A stretch of 64,000 nt of DNA from a virus. Under the pieces are notes generated by a model. It was not told the origin of the DNA, did no database searches, and was given only the letters and a program-made list of their open reading frames with translations. The translations under genes and the position numbers were made by a program. Location: positions 32,001 through 96,000 of the IMG/VR virus record IMGVR_UViG_3300023202_000142; one strand, 5' to 3'. Positions 34,149 to 42,625 of this stretch are shown here, one piece after another (within the stretch, counting starts at the first letter, position 1; every line of letters starts with the position of its first letter).

Positions 34149-35458
34149 GCGGCCTCGGCGCAACCATCGTCTTGCTCCGCCTCTCGTTTCGCCTTGCGGC
34201 GCTCACGCGCCGCCTTGTTGCGGCAGGGGCGGCAGTAGGACTGGGGTTTCGTCCGGTTGTACCGCAGACCAAAGCGCTCATCGACGTTGGCGATTCCGGT
34301 CGCGGTCTCACCGCAGCAGGGGCACTCGGCCTCCATCGGGTCTTCGAGCATCTCCATCACTTCGATCCACGCGGCATCAAATCCGCGACCGGATTTCTCG
34401 GTGACTACTGCCGGGGCGGCGACGAGAAACTCTTCAACAGCCGGGTATCCTTCTCGTCGAGTCCTCAGTTTGACGACGTGGTCTTCAACCTCGCCTCGAC
34501 ATGCAAGTTCCTCGACAACCTCAGCCCGGGAGCCGTCGAAGATCTTCTCGATCTTCCTGCCGGTGTAACCGCGTCGCGTCGCGTCTTTCTTCGAGGGCTT
34601 AAAGACCCGTCGCATCCGATAGACGGCCCAGGGCCGGGCTTCGTCGGTCGACAGTTCTTTGAAGCGCCGCAGCGCCTCGATGTTGCCGGATCGCTCGACC
34701 AGTTCGCGCATCGAACGCGTTTTGAAGAGCTTCATCCGGGGATTGAATCGCAGCGCGATTTCCTCCATCTCCAGGGCCCGGGCAACCTCTTCGGGCTCTT
34801 CCTTCCATCGCGACTGAACTCCACAGTCTGGCCGAGCGAAGGGGCAGAACACGCAGGCCGACTTCCGCCACCGCACTCCGGTAACGCTCTCGATGTAGTC
34901 GACACAGGCAGCACGATCCCAGCCCCAGTCGATCAAGGGGTAGCTGGGCTCACGACCTGGCACGGTTCCGAAGGTCTGGTCCTTCTCGACACGTCGTTCC
35001 TCACCCTTAGCGAAGCCGATGACATGGGTGTAAGGCGCACCATCCAGGAAGCCCTCGATCCATTCATCGAGGACGTACCCCTTGAACTTCAGGCTGCACT
35101 TCCGGGTTCCGCCGGTGGTTGGAATTGTTGCGGCCTCAACCATTTCGTCAGACAGCTTGTAGGCGCCGTCGAGGTGAAGTTCGGTAGGCTCCGTGGAGTC
35201 GTCGAGAACAACGATGCCGTCCGACGTGAATCGGCCGCCCTTGGCGACCTGGACATAACGGATCCCGTGGGCGCGCATGCGCGGGAGTACGTGCTCGCGC
35301 ACGAGCGCGCCCGAGCTGGTGAATTCGTTTCCAGTCATCGACGTAATGACAACCAGTTCGTCGAGCGGACAGGGCCGGGTTTCGGGTTCCTCGATCCAGC
35401 GCAACAGGATGGCTGTGGAGTCGACACCCATGCCGTAGCTGAGTATCACTTGAGTCAT
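34145..35458 (-). CDS. PP-loop/PAPS-reductase-like enzyme with C-terminal Zn ribbon
   Basis: SYGMGVDS PP-loop, CSLKFK, YPL, KSACVFCPF; start reassigned behind GGAGGTAGC. Confidence 0.75.
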   Translation of the reverse strand: MTQVILSYGMGVDSTAILLRWIEEPETRPCPLDELVVITSMTGNEFTSSGALVREHVLPRMRAHGIRYVQVAKGGRFTSDGIVVLDDSTEPTELHLDGAYKLSDEMVEAATIPTTGGTRKCSLKFKGYVLDEWIEGFLDGAPYTHVIGFAKGEERRVEKDQTFGTVPGREPSYPLIDWGWDRAACVDYIESVTGVRWRKSACVFCPFARPDCGVQSRWKEEPEEVARALEMEEIALRFNPRMKLFKTRSMRELVERSGNIEALRRFKELSTDEARPWAVYRMRRVFKPSKKDATRRGYTGRKIEKIFDGSRAEVVEELACRGEVEDHVVKLRTRREGYPAVEEFLVAAPAVVTEKSGRGFDAAWIEVMEMLEDPMEAECPCCGETATGIANVDERFGLRYNRTKPQSYCRPCRNKAARERRKAKREAEQDDGCAEAA

Positions 35459-35459
35459 C

Positions 35460-35515
35460 GCTACCTCCTTTTGTGGGGTCAGTGAGATTGTGTGCACAGA
35501 GTGAACTTCAGTCAA
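35460..35515 (-). promoter_or_regulatory. promoter TTGACT, operator 35491-35507, ACCCCA, RBS GGAGGTAGC
   Basis: direct motif reading on - strand. Confidence 0.75.
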
Positions 35516-35524
35516 GGAGCAAGC

Positions 35525-35773
35525 ATGTGGGTCCGAAGTGACGCTGAAGGGGTTTTCGAGCTGAGCGAAGTTGACGGGATCTGGATTGACCACGAGGGGT
35601 CTCTGCCGACTCTCTACATCACCAGGCGCAACAGTGGCCGCCCTGTCGCGATGATGAGCCACCGGGACCCAACGGCCCTCTCCGAGGTCAAGAAAGGACT
35701 GGAGAAGGCCCTGGGCGTCCATGAGGGCGCCCACGACATCGCGTCATTCAAGAGCTACGATTATCGCTATTGA
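35525..35773 (+). CDS. hypothetical protein
   Basis: AGGAG SD. Confidence 0.6.
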   Translation: MWVRSDAEGVFELSEVDGIWIDHEGSLPTLYITRRNSGRPVAMMSHRDPTALSEVKKGLEKALGVHEGAHDIASFKSYDYRY

Positions 35774-36239
35774 GACAGTCTTCCGGGGTTACTTCGAGAT
35801 CCCGGAACAGCATGCGGAGAACAGCTTCCGCGGTCGAAGCCCGATTAGCGGCATCACTGATGATTTCCTCGCCCAACTCGGGATTGTCTGAGAAGTGATC
35901 TCGAACCTTCGCCTTGACCTCTTCGGTCATCACGTTGCCAGCCTTCTCGACCAACTCGCCGAGACGTTCTCGGCCGACATCTGCCCAGTTCATCGCGTTC
36001 TTCGAGCCCCTGCCGCTCAATGAGCCGTCCGCGTTAACGGTCAGCCAGCGTTTCGACTTCTGCCATTCTGAGAAGCCACGGCGACCGCAGGTTCGATACT
36101 TCGAGTTGGGGTAGATTCGCACGACATCGTCACCAGCCCAGACGTTCGCATCGAGCCAGCGCGAGTTGTTGCTCGCCCGGTTGAGTGCGACGAGAACTTC
36201 GCCGTGTCGCTTTCGCTCTGCAACGGTCATGTCGGTCAT
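35748..36239 (-). CDS. hypothetical protein
   Basis: start reassigned behind GGAGGTAGC. Confidence 0.7.
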   Translation of the reverse strand: MTDMTVAERKRHGEVLVALNRASNNSRWLDANVWAGDDVVRIYPNSKYRTCGRRGFSEWQKSKRWLTVNADGSLSGRGSKNAMNWADVGRERLGELVEKAGNVMTEEVKAKVRDHFSDNPELGEEIISDAANRASTAEAVLRMLFRDLEVTPEDCLNSDNRSS

Positions 36240-36240
36240 C

Positions 36241-36314
36241 GCTACCTCCTGTCGCGGGAGCGGGGTTGGCTCCCTGGTGCATCTTGATGATGTGCACGCA
36301 TTGCACGATGTCAA
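36241..36314 (-). promoter_or_regulatory. promoter TTGACA, operator 36291-36307, ACCCC-loop hairpin 36256-36274, RBS GGAGGTAGC
   Basis: direct motif reading. Confidence 0.8.
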
Positions 36315-36318
36315 CGGT

Positions 36319-36708
36319 CTATCTGTTTCGTGCTCGGTTGTTGATGTCTTCCCAGTTGAGACCGTTGAGCAACTCTCTTGCGACCTCACTATCCCTCAAG
36401 GTGTCGCCGAGGGCATCTGTGAGGGCCATCATGGCGTCCTTGCGGGATTCTTCGGTGTAGAGACCACCTGCCATTGCAATTCGGTTGAAGTCGCCTGAGA
36501 GGCGAATGAGGGTGCCCTCAAGGCCATCCGCGCCGACTGCCCTGGCGGCCTTGCTGGCCATGTCCAGCATGTTCCATGCGGACATGGCATCAGCGTTGAG
36601 ATCCGGTCCATCTGGGCCAGCCATTTTGAGGCGCCGCAGTAACCCTGAGCTACCGTATCCCCAGCGATTGAGGATCTCGTCGATTTCGGCTCTGAATGAT
36701 TTCGGCAT
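36319..36708 (-). CDS. hypothetical protein
   Basis: AGGAG SD. Confidence 0.65.
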   Translation of the reverse strand: MPKSFRAEIDEILNRWGYGSSGLLRRLKMAGPDGPDLNADAMSAWNMLDMASKAARAVGADGLEGTLIRLSGDFNRIAMAGGLYTEESRKDAMMALTDALGDTLRDSEVARELLNGLNWEDINNRARNR

Positions 36709-36716
36709 CAGGTCTC

Positions 36717-37046
36717 CTATCGGTCGTATCGAGCCAGTTCGTCAGCCAGCGCTGCCGTTGCCGTTTCGACGGCAACGTGAGCGTCATGCATTCGATCCTC
36801 GAACCCTTCAGCGAGCTTGACGCCTCGCTCGTAGAGATCGGTGTAGGCAGCGGCGTTCTTCACGGCCTCATGGAGGGCGCGACAGGCATCGAACAAGCCG
36901 GGGTTCTCTTCCAGGACCCAGCGGGCAAGAACCCAAACGTTTCGCCAGCCCCACTCCCAGTGGGGCATGGCGCTGAACGCCGCCTCCGAGACGTAGGCGA
37001 CCGCGTTGGTATCCGCAGCCACGGTCATGTTGGTCACTTCGGTCAT
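36717..37046 (-). CDS. hypothetical protein
   Basis: start reassigned behind GGAGGTAGT. Confidence 0.7.
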   Translation of the reverse strand: MTEVTNMTVAADTNAVAYVSEAAFSAMPHWEWGWRNVWVLARWVLEENPGLFDACRALHEAVKNAAAYTDLYERGVKLAEGFEDRMHDAHVAVETATAALADELARYDR

Positions 37047-37047
37047 G

Positions 37048-37125
37048 ACTACCTCCTCTGAAAACGGGGAGGCGGGGTACCCTCCCCGGGCAAGGACAAT
37101 GTGAACACAGTGCACACACCGTCAA
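37048..37125 (-). promoter_or_regulatory. promoter TTGACG, operator 37100-37116, ACCCCG-loop hairpin 37065-37088, RBS GGAGGTAGT
   Basis: direct motif reading. Confidence 0.8.
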
Positions 37126-37571
37126 GGGACATGCTTCCAGGTTTTTCGTTTAACCAGGTGACTGATCGCCGTGTGGGTCACGCCATATTCCCTACCCAGG
37201 GCCCGGAACGACTCACCCTGGGCAGACCTCTTCCGAATTTCCAGGACATCGTCGGGCGTGAGTTTCGCTGTGTTAACCCTTACACCCTTTGCTGTTCGGC
37301 CCTTCCTGACCGCGTCAAGGCGATTCTCTTTCTGCGTTCCCAACTTCAGGTGAGACGGACGAACGCAAGATGGATTGTCGCAAGTATGCATGATGATCTT
37401 GCCGTCCGGGATGGGCCCGTTCTCCAATTCAAACGACACTCTATGAACGTACTCATTTTTGCCGTTACAGCCGATGTACCCGTAACCAGCAGCATTGCTG
37501 GCACCTTCAAACACCCAGCATTCACCAGATTCATTGACCTTCTCGTAGAGCCTCTCACGTACGTTTGGCAT
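37122..37571 (-). CDS. free-standing HNH homing endonuclease with C-terminal HTH
   Basis: CWVF...GYG...VHRVS...MHTCDNPSCVRPSHL..GT..EN..D. Confidence 0.9.
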   Translation of the reverse strand: MPNVRERLYEKVNESGECWVFEGASNAAGYGYIGCNGKNEYVHRVSFELENGPIPDGKIIMHTCDNPSCVRPSHLKLGTQKENRLDAVRKGRTAKGVRVNTAKLTPDDVLEIRKRSAQGESFRALGREYGVTHTAISHLVKRKTWKHVP

Positions 37572-37596
37572 AGCGCCTCCTCAGCGGGTTACATTG

Positions 37597-38595
37597 TTAC
37601 ATGTTCCACTCAGGAGTCATTTCGTCAAGGTCGACCTCTTCATCAGCTTTGACGGCTTCGAGAACCTCGGCCAACGAGAGGTTCTGTCGAAACGTGTGGT
37701 CGATGCGGTCTTCGACCGCGACGTACTCTTCGAGCAACTCCCGGTTGTGCTTCCCGGCGAGCACCAGGGCTTCCTTGGGGGCGAAGATGCAGAACGCGCA
37801 ACTCAGTCGCGGCATCCCCAGGTCGTAGGCCGGGTGGTGGGGAACGCCGGAGGCCCGAATCGTGGCCCAGACCTCGTGCTCCAGCCAGTGCTGAATCGGC
37901 AGCCAGGAGTCGACGTGCTGATTCGAGTTCGACTTCCGGTTCTCGAACTGGGTCTTCTTGGCGCGAGCCGGGGATTCCTCGGCTCGCAGACCCATGCAGT
38001 CCAGAATCCGGCAAGGACGACAGTCAGCCTTCTCGGGGTTCACCTTGCGCCACTCGCGGGCAAGCTGAGTGAAGACCTTGAGGATCGGACCGCGCTTGAA
38101 CTCCGAAGTGCACCAACGAGCGGCCGACGACGGCCAGGCCCCGCGACGCTCCGCGTAGTCCAGGATGTCTCCGTAGGTCTCACCCTTGGAGTAGGTCTTG
38201 CCGTTAACCTTGCAGATTCCACCGATCCTGGACGTCACGATGAAGGGGCACCCGTAAGCTTTGGCCTGTTCTTCGGCCAGCTCGCCGGTTCCCTCCCATT
38301 CGACTTTGCCGAGATCGGCATGAATGACGACGACGCGATCAGCGATGCCAGCATCTGACGCCAACCCGTGGACGTAGTCGAGCATGGCCTGGGAGTCCTT
38401 CCCGCCGGACGACGACACCGCGATGACATCGTACTCGGTGAGGTCGGGAACGACCCCGGCCTCGAACGACTCACCTGCGAAGCAGCGTTTGCAGTACGTG
38501 GAGGGCTTCTCGCCGCCGTACCGAAGCCCGAAGACCTCCCGGCATTCGTCCTTGGTCTCAGCGCGGACACCGCACTTGGGACACTCGTGGTTCAT
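37597..38595 (-). CDS. PAPS-reductase-family (PP-loop) enzyme with N-terminal Zn ribbon
   Basis: SSGGKDSQA, WCTSEFK, GLRAEES..R, LPI..W, HPAY..G..RLSCAFCI. Confidence 0.85.
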   Translation of the reverse strand: MNHECPKCGVRAETKDECREVFGLRYGGEKPSTYCKRCFAGESFEAGVVPDLTEYDVIAVSSSGGKDSQAMLDYVHGLASDAGIADRVVVIHADLGKVEWEGTGELAEEQAKAYGCPFIVTSRIGGICKVNGKTYSKGETYGDILDYAERRGAWPSSAARWCTSEFKRGPILKVFTQLAREWRKVNPEKADCRPCRILDCMGLRAEESPARAKKTQFENRKSNSNQHVDSWLPIQHWLEHEVWATIRASGVPHHPAYDLGMPRLSCAFCIFAPKEALVLAGKHNRELLEEYVAVEDRIDHTFRQNLSLAEVLEAVKADEEVDLDEMTPEWNM

Positions 38596-38597
38596 TT

Positions 38598-38676
38598 GCT
38601 ACCTCCGTTGAGAGAGGGGCGGCGGGGTAACCGCCCCGGAACACTTTCAATTTGTGCACGGAGATCACTCTGACAA
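38598..38676 (-). promoter_or_regulatory. promoter TTGTCA, operator 38653-38669, ACCCCG-loop hairpin 38616-38637, RBS GGAGGTAGC
   Basis: direct motif reading. Confidence 0.75.
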
Positions 38677-38699
38677 GGGCTCAAACTCCCCCTGCCAAA

Positions 38700-38722
38700 G
38701 GGCCCCGGGCAACCCGGGGCCC
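38700..38722 (-). terminator. GC-rich hairpin after the 38728-38919 gene, probable terminator
   Basis: GGGCCCCGGG/CCCGGGGCCC perfect stem; short U-tract. Confidence 0.55.
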
Positions 38723-38727
38723 ACTGT

Positions 38728-38919
38728 TCAGCCGTTGACCTCTTCGACCACGGCTTTCGCGAACTCGGTGGGGTGACAGTGTTTGTTGCAGAACCCCATC
38801 TTGTCGAACTTCGACATTTTCATTACGGGGATTTCGTTGGTCGCTACGAAGTGCTCAAGGTCTTTGAAGTCCTCGTCACTCATGGCGTTGGCGGTGCTTA
38901 CGATCTCTTCGACAGTCAT
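38728..38919 (-). CDS. small hypothetical protein
   Basis: RBS GGAGGTAGC. Confidence 0.7.
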   Translation of the reverse strand: MTVEEIVSTANAMSDEDFKDLEHFVATNEIPVMKMSKFDKMGFCNKHCHPTEFAKAVVEEVNG

Positions 38920-38920
38920 G

Positions 38921-38999
38921 GCTACCTCCTGTTGGGATTCCGGGCGGTGGGGTTACCGACCCGGCACCCTGAGTATGTGCACAGATCTCACTCCGTCAA
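38921..38999 (-). promoter_or_regulatory. promoter TTGACG-N16-CATACT, operator 38976-38992, ACCCCA-loop hairpin 38940-38964, RBS GGAGGTAGC
   Basis: direct motif reading. Confidence 0.8.
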
Positions 39000-39194
39000 G
39001 GCTTTTCGTAACACATCAATGTCGATGCCCGGCCACCCCGCAACATCGATTGCGCTTTCGACGTCATCAAGCGCGGCTTCGATGATCTCCCAGGCGACGT
39101 CATGGAGCCCGGCAAGCGGTTCGGGCTCCGGCAAGATTGGGCGGGGGATCAGTTTGTCGTACCGGCGAATGTCGAAAAAGTCAGGCTTTGGCAT
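38988..39194 (-). CDS. hypothetical protein
   Basis: TAATG coupling to GroES. Confidence 0.6.
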   Translation of the reverse strand: MPKPDFFDIRRYDKLIPRPILPEPEPLAGLHDVAWEIIEAALDDVESAIDVAGWPGIDIDVLRKALTE

Positions 39195-39505
39195 TACTCC
39201 ACCAGGGCTTCGATCTCATCGTAGCGGGCGATCACGTGATTGATCCCTTCGATCTCTACCTCGGAGCCGGCCTTCCAGCTCACGACGACTCGATCGCCGA
39301 TCTCAAGGTCGACAGGGTGCCCTTCCTTGCCGGGACCCCTGGCCACCACCACTGCCTCGACGCTGGGGTGTGGCCCCTTGGCCTGGAGTCGCGAGAAATC
39401 CCGCTCATGCTTCTCGTTGAACACGATGAGGCCACTTTCTAGCGTTGTGGTCTCTGCTTTTTCGTCGCGGCGCAAAACGACGCGGTCATACATTGGTTCG
39501 ATCAT
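39194..39505 (-). CDS. groES: GroES-like co-chaperonin
   Basis: IEPMYDRVVL...SGLI...VVARGPG...IGDRVV...GSEVEIEG...EIEALV. Confidence 0.88.
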   Translation of the reverse strand: MIEPMYDRVVLRRDEKAETTTLESGLIVFNEKHERDFSRLQAKGPHPSVEAVVVARGPGKEGHPVDLEIGDRVVVSWKAGSEVEIEGINHVIARYDEIEALVE

Positions 39506-39903
39506 GCGTTCTCCGGGTCAACGAATCGGGTGATGTTGACGACGTAGCCGCCTTGGCTGGGGCGATAGCGTTGCGGGTCACCAACGTCGCGAGCGCGAAC
39601 CTTCCAGCCATCTCCAAGATCTTCCTCAGCCCTGGCGATGGCGGCTTCCTTTGATTCGGATGGCCCCAGGACAAGCAAGATCGTCTTGGTCTGCTGGATC
39701 TTGCCGATTTTGCCGATATCCCGCAGGATGACCTCGCAGTCTTTTCCCTTGCGGTCCAGGTAGTCTTCGGGGAAGTCTTCCATGTCGACCAAGACGTCGA
39801 GGACCGATAGGCCCGAGACCTCATCGACTACTGTCAGTTGGAGCTGGGGCACGCCTGAGCGATCCGCCTCATTCAGCTTGAGCTTACCCTTGAATGTTTC
39901 CAC
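39502..39903 (-). CDS. hypothetical protein
   Basis: GTG start; promoter TTGACA-N17-TAACGT upstream with operator-like 39931-39947. Confidence 0.65.
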   Translation of the reverse strand: METFKGKLKLNEADRSGVPQLQLTVVDEVSGLSVLDVLVDMEDFPEDYLDRKGKDCEVILRDIGKIGKIQQTKTILLVLGPSESKEAAIARAEEDLGDGWKVRARDVGDPQRYRPSQGGYVVNITRFVDPENA

Positions 39904-39966
39904 ATCACTTCCGATCTGGTAGACGCCGTACGTTACGTGCGTGCACTACAGGTGTCAACAGGTACC

Positions 39967-40275
39967 ATGAACGACAAAGACCTTAGATCTCTCCTCGCCG
40001 ACGCCTCTGGCGACCTCTTCGACCTCAAGGCCGAACTCGGTGACGTTATCTACAAGCCCAACCGATGCGCTGTCTACAGGACACCGGGATCCTGGGTTGT
40101 GAAGCTAGTGCTCCGCGGCGCATCCAGACGAGATGAAGTAGACGTCCAGAAGACATTCACGGACGAGTTTCTGTCGGCGTGTATCGAGACGCACGGACCA
40201 GATCTCGCGTTCCAGCTCCTCAAGACGTCGATGCGGAAAATGTTCAGGTCGGAGATCGATCGGGTGATGGCGTAA
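39967..40275 (+). CDS. hypothetical protein
   Basis: ATG 39967. Confidence 0.6.
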   Translation: MNDKDLRSLLADASGDLFDLKAELGDVIYKPNRCAVYRTPGSWVVKLVLRGASRRDEVDVQKTFTDEFLSACIETHGPDLAFQLLKTSMRKMFRSEIDRVMA

Positions 40276-40540
40276 CCATTACCTCAACCAGGGCATCCGA
40301 CAAGGTCGTCGCGACCCTCTCTGCCTCTCGTTTCGCCTGATCCTTGTTCAGCGGGGGCATCAAGACCGTTGGTGCGATCTCCAGAGCGTCAGCGATCGCG
40401 TAGAGCGTGGACACCTTGGGGTCACCACCCTCCTCGATGTGGGCGATCGTTGAGTGAGAGACGCCAGCGAGCTTGCCTACAGCGTGCTGGGTCATCCCGC
40501 GATCCATTCTGAGGCCGACCATGGTGTGCGCGAGCTTCAT
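40244..40540 (-). CDS. XRE-family HTH transcriptional regulator
   Basis: LRMDRGMTQHAVGKLAGVSHSTIAHIEEG.DPKVSTLYAIADAL. Confidence 0.9.
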   Translation of the reverse strand: MKLAHTMVGLRMDRGMTQHAVGKLAGVSHSTIAHIEEGGDPKVSTLYAIADALEIAPTVLMPPLNKDQAKREAERVATTLSDALVEVMVTPSPDRSPT

Positions 40541-41028
40541 TTCCCCTCCATCGCAATAAACTCGGCTCGAAGCGACAGGCTCTCTTCATCAAGCTCGATG
40601 CCTCGGTACATATGGCGAAGCTGCTTCTCAGCAGCGTCTGCCCACACCCTGTTGGGCTTGCCGCTCGGTGATTTTCCGCTGCGCCTGTATGAGATCATGG
40701 CCGATTCGATCTTGGTCCTGTAACGCTTATTGAATGTGATAGCCAGCGCCTCATCTTCGCCCAGTTCAAGGATCTGACAGACCCCCTGGAACTTAGCCAG
40801 GACGCAGGGCTCGCCCTTCCTGATGTCGTCGAAACCTATGAATTTCCAGATAAAGAACTTCGTCAGGCTGTTCAGGTCATCGATGCGGTAGCGAACCAGA
40901 CCGCCGCTCGTTTTTGGTGTCCCAGTCTTGTTGCGCAGGGGTTCGAATTTCTCGGCGAGCCAGGCGTTGAAATCCTCGGCGACGCGCTCTCGATGAAGCC
41001 GGCGCTTTCTAGCGTGTTGGTTTTCCAT
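40537..41028 (-). CDS. hypothetical protein, near-leaderless
   Basis: TTGACG-N16-TACACT promoter; operator 41028-41044 abuts ATG. Confidence 0.7.
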   Translation of the reverse strand: MENQHARKRRLHRERVAEDFNAWLAEKFEPLRNKTGTPKTSGGLVRYRIDDLNSLTKFFIWKFIGFDDIRKGEPCVLAKFQGVCQILELGEDEALAITFNKRYRTKIESAMISYRRSGKSPSGKPNRVWADAAEKQLRHMYRGIELDEESLSLRAEFIAMEGK

Positions 41029-41104
41029 GTGCACGCAGTGTACATCGGCCACCCCTTCCGTCAATCCCTGGAGTGTCCTACGATTCCCGGAACCGGAGGT
41101 TCGC

Positions 41105-41788
41105 ATGCCCTACAAGACGACGTCAGACATTCCCCAGCCCGTCCAGGACGCACTTCCAGCGAAGGCCCAGGACATGTGGATGAAGGTCTACAACTCGGCG
41201 AGCAAGCAATACGATGGCGACAAGAGCCGATCTGCGGCAACAGCCTGGGCCGCAGTGAAGCGCAAGTACAAGAAAGGGGAGAACGGAGATTGGGCTCTCA
41301 AGGAAGGACTCATTGAGGCCGTGGACCGCCTCCTGGGCGTAACCAGCGCGCTGCTGCTGCTCTTGCTGCTGTCGGGGTGTGCCTCGGCGCCAGAGCAGAC
41401 TGAATGCCCTGGGGTGCCCCCTGAAGCCGCTTACAGCTTCGAGCTTGTTCGGGTTGTCGACGGTGACACCATTGAGGTCCTCGTGGACATTGGTTTCAAC
41501 ACCTACCGCAAAGTAAGCGCCCGCCTGGACGGAGTCGATACACCTGAGATCTATGGCGTCAAGAAGTGGATGGACGACGCCAAGACGGCCTACACCGAGG
41601 AGTACGCCAGGGGTGCCGCCGCCTCGGAGTTCACGAAGTCGTGGCTTCGGTCTGAATGCCCCTGCACCATTGAGGTCGACGGTGCCGGCAAGTACGGGCG
41701 GTGGATTATCGTGGTTTACTCAGCGAACGGCGCATCGCTTAACGATGCTCTGGTTGAAAGCGGCAACGCTGTCATCGCGGAATACTGA
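41105..41788 (+). CDS. ChaB domain, tag, lipoprotein signal (LSGC) and thermonuclease (SNase) domain in one ORF
   Basis: MPYKTTSDIP...LP..AQ..W..VYNSA...AW.AVKRKY (ChaB); RVVDGDTI...RLDGVDTPE...GKYGRWI (SNase). Confidence 0.85.
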   Translation: MPYKTTSDIPQPVQDALPAKAQDMWMKVYNSASKQYDGDKSRSAATAWAAVKRKYKKGENGDWALKEGLIEAVDRLLGVTSALLLLLLLSGCASAPEQTECPGVPPEAAYSFELVRVVDGDTIEVLVDIGFNTYRKVSARLDGVDTPEIYGVKKWMDDAKTAYTEEYARGAAASEFTKSWLRSECPCTIEVDGAGKYGRWIIVVYSANGASLNDALVESGNAVIAEY

Positions 41789-42026
41789 GGTCAACAAACA
41801 CGGGCGTACATGCACCCATGAACGCTCCAACGACATTGTACTCCATCCAGTCAATCGCATCCTCACGATCCCAGTCTTCCCGCTCCATTAAGACCTCGAC
41901 GCATTTGTCGTAGTCGTAAGCGACGACCTCCATCCCGACACGGCGCGCCATGCCGATGATCGCCTTGTCGAGGCCGTCAATGAGGATCGCTTCAGGGTTC
42001 CTTTCCGCGATTTCTTCCTGAGTCAT
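41772..42026 (-). CDS. conserved-type phage hypothetical protein (DG.D.AIIG...YD..K...GA.MG..TP)
   Basis: family-typical motif. Confidence 0.7.
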   Translation of the reverse strand: MTQEEIAERNPEAILIDGLDKAIIGMARRVGMEVVAYDYDKCVEVLMEREDWDREDAIDWMEYNVVGAFMGACTPVFVDLSIPR

Positions 42027-42297
42027 AGTCGTTCGCGTCCGCAAAGAAGTGTACAACGCCGCCTTCGTAGTCGTATCCAAGACCGTATATCACTTTCACG
42101 AGAGTCTTGAATCCGGTGTTACCGCCGGCCTCGATGCGGTCCAGGGTGTGGACGTGTACGCCGGCGTCGCTTGCTAGGTCCACGCGTGTCTTGCTGGTCA
42201 GGTCTCGCTCGTGCCGAATGAAATCACCGACCTGGACAAGGACGTCATCGCTGGATAACTTGTGCACTCTGTTCACCCGTTCGTCAAGGTGCTCCAT
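41992..42297 (-). CDS. XRE-family HTH protein, true start uncertain
   Basis: FIRHER....TRVDLASDAGVHVHTLDRIEAG. Confidence 0.7.
   Translation of the reverse strand: MEHLDERVNRVHKLSSDDVLVQVGDFIRHERDLTSKTRVDLASDAGVHVHTLDRIEAGGNTGFKTLVKVIYGLGYDYEGGVVHFFADANDYDSGRNRGKEP
42261..42277. promoter_or_regulatory. operator TGTGCACTCTGTTCACC between divergent HTH genes
   Basis: TTGACG on - strand at 42282-42287. Confidence 0.55.
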
Positions 42298-42625
42298 GGA
42301 AATTATCGACCTAATGTCTCGTGAGGAACTGGCAGACCGAGTCGGCCTTTCGCCTGGCTATGTCGCGAGATGCGCGCGGGAGGAACGGTTTCCTGGCCAC
42401 CGGTTCTTTATCTATCGGACCCGAGCCAAAGACAAGTGGTTCCACCACTACGCTGCCGTTGATTTCGGCGAGCAGGGGCTGTGGGGGTGGCTGAAGGTCC
42501 AGGGTGTGGACGAAGCTGCTCGCACGCTGAAGATAGAGCGGTTTGCTTTCACCCGGGCGCTGAGGGAGGGAGATCCGGCCTTACTCAGGCAGATCCGGGG
42601 GCACCTGAATCCGCTGAACCGCTGA
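42296..42625 (+). CDS. HTH (excisionase/MerR-like) protein
   Basis: LMSREELADRVGLSPGYVARCAREERFP. Confidence 0.6.
   Translation: MEIIDLMSREELADRVGLSPGYVARCAREERFPGHRFFIYRTRAKDKWFHHYAAVDFGEQGLWGWLKVQGVDEAARTLKIERFAFTRALREGDPALLRQIRGHLNPLNR

Noticed and set aside
34172-35485. 437-aa + strand ORF
   Set aside because: Antisense shadow of the motif-bearing - strand PP-loop gene; no RBS or motifs. Typical of GC-rich codon bias.
28570-36708. MRDILNRLLS (28570) and FRAEIDEILN (36319-) as tag copies
   Set aside because: Only partial matches without the D..LLE pattern; not counted.
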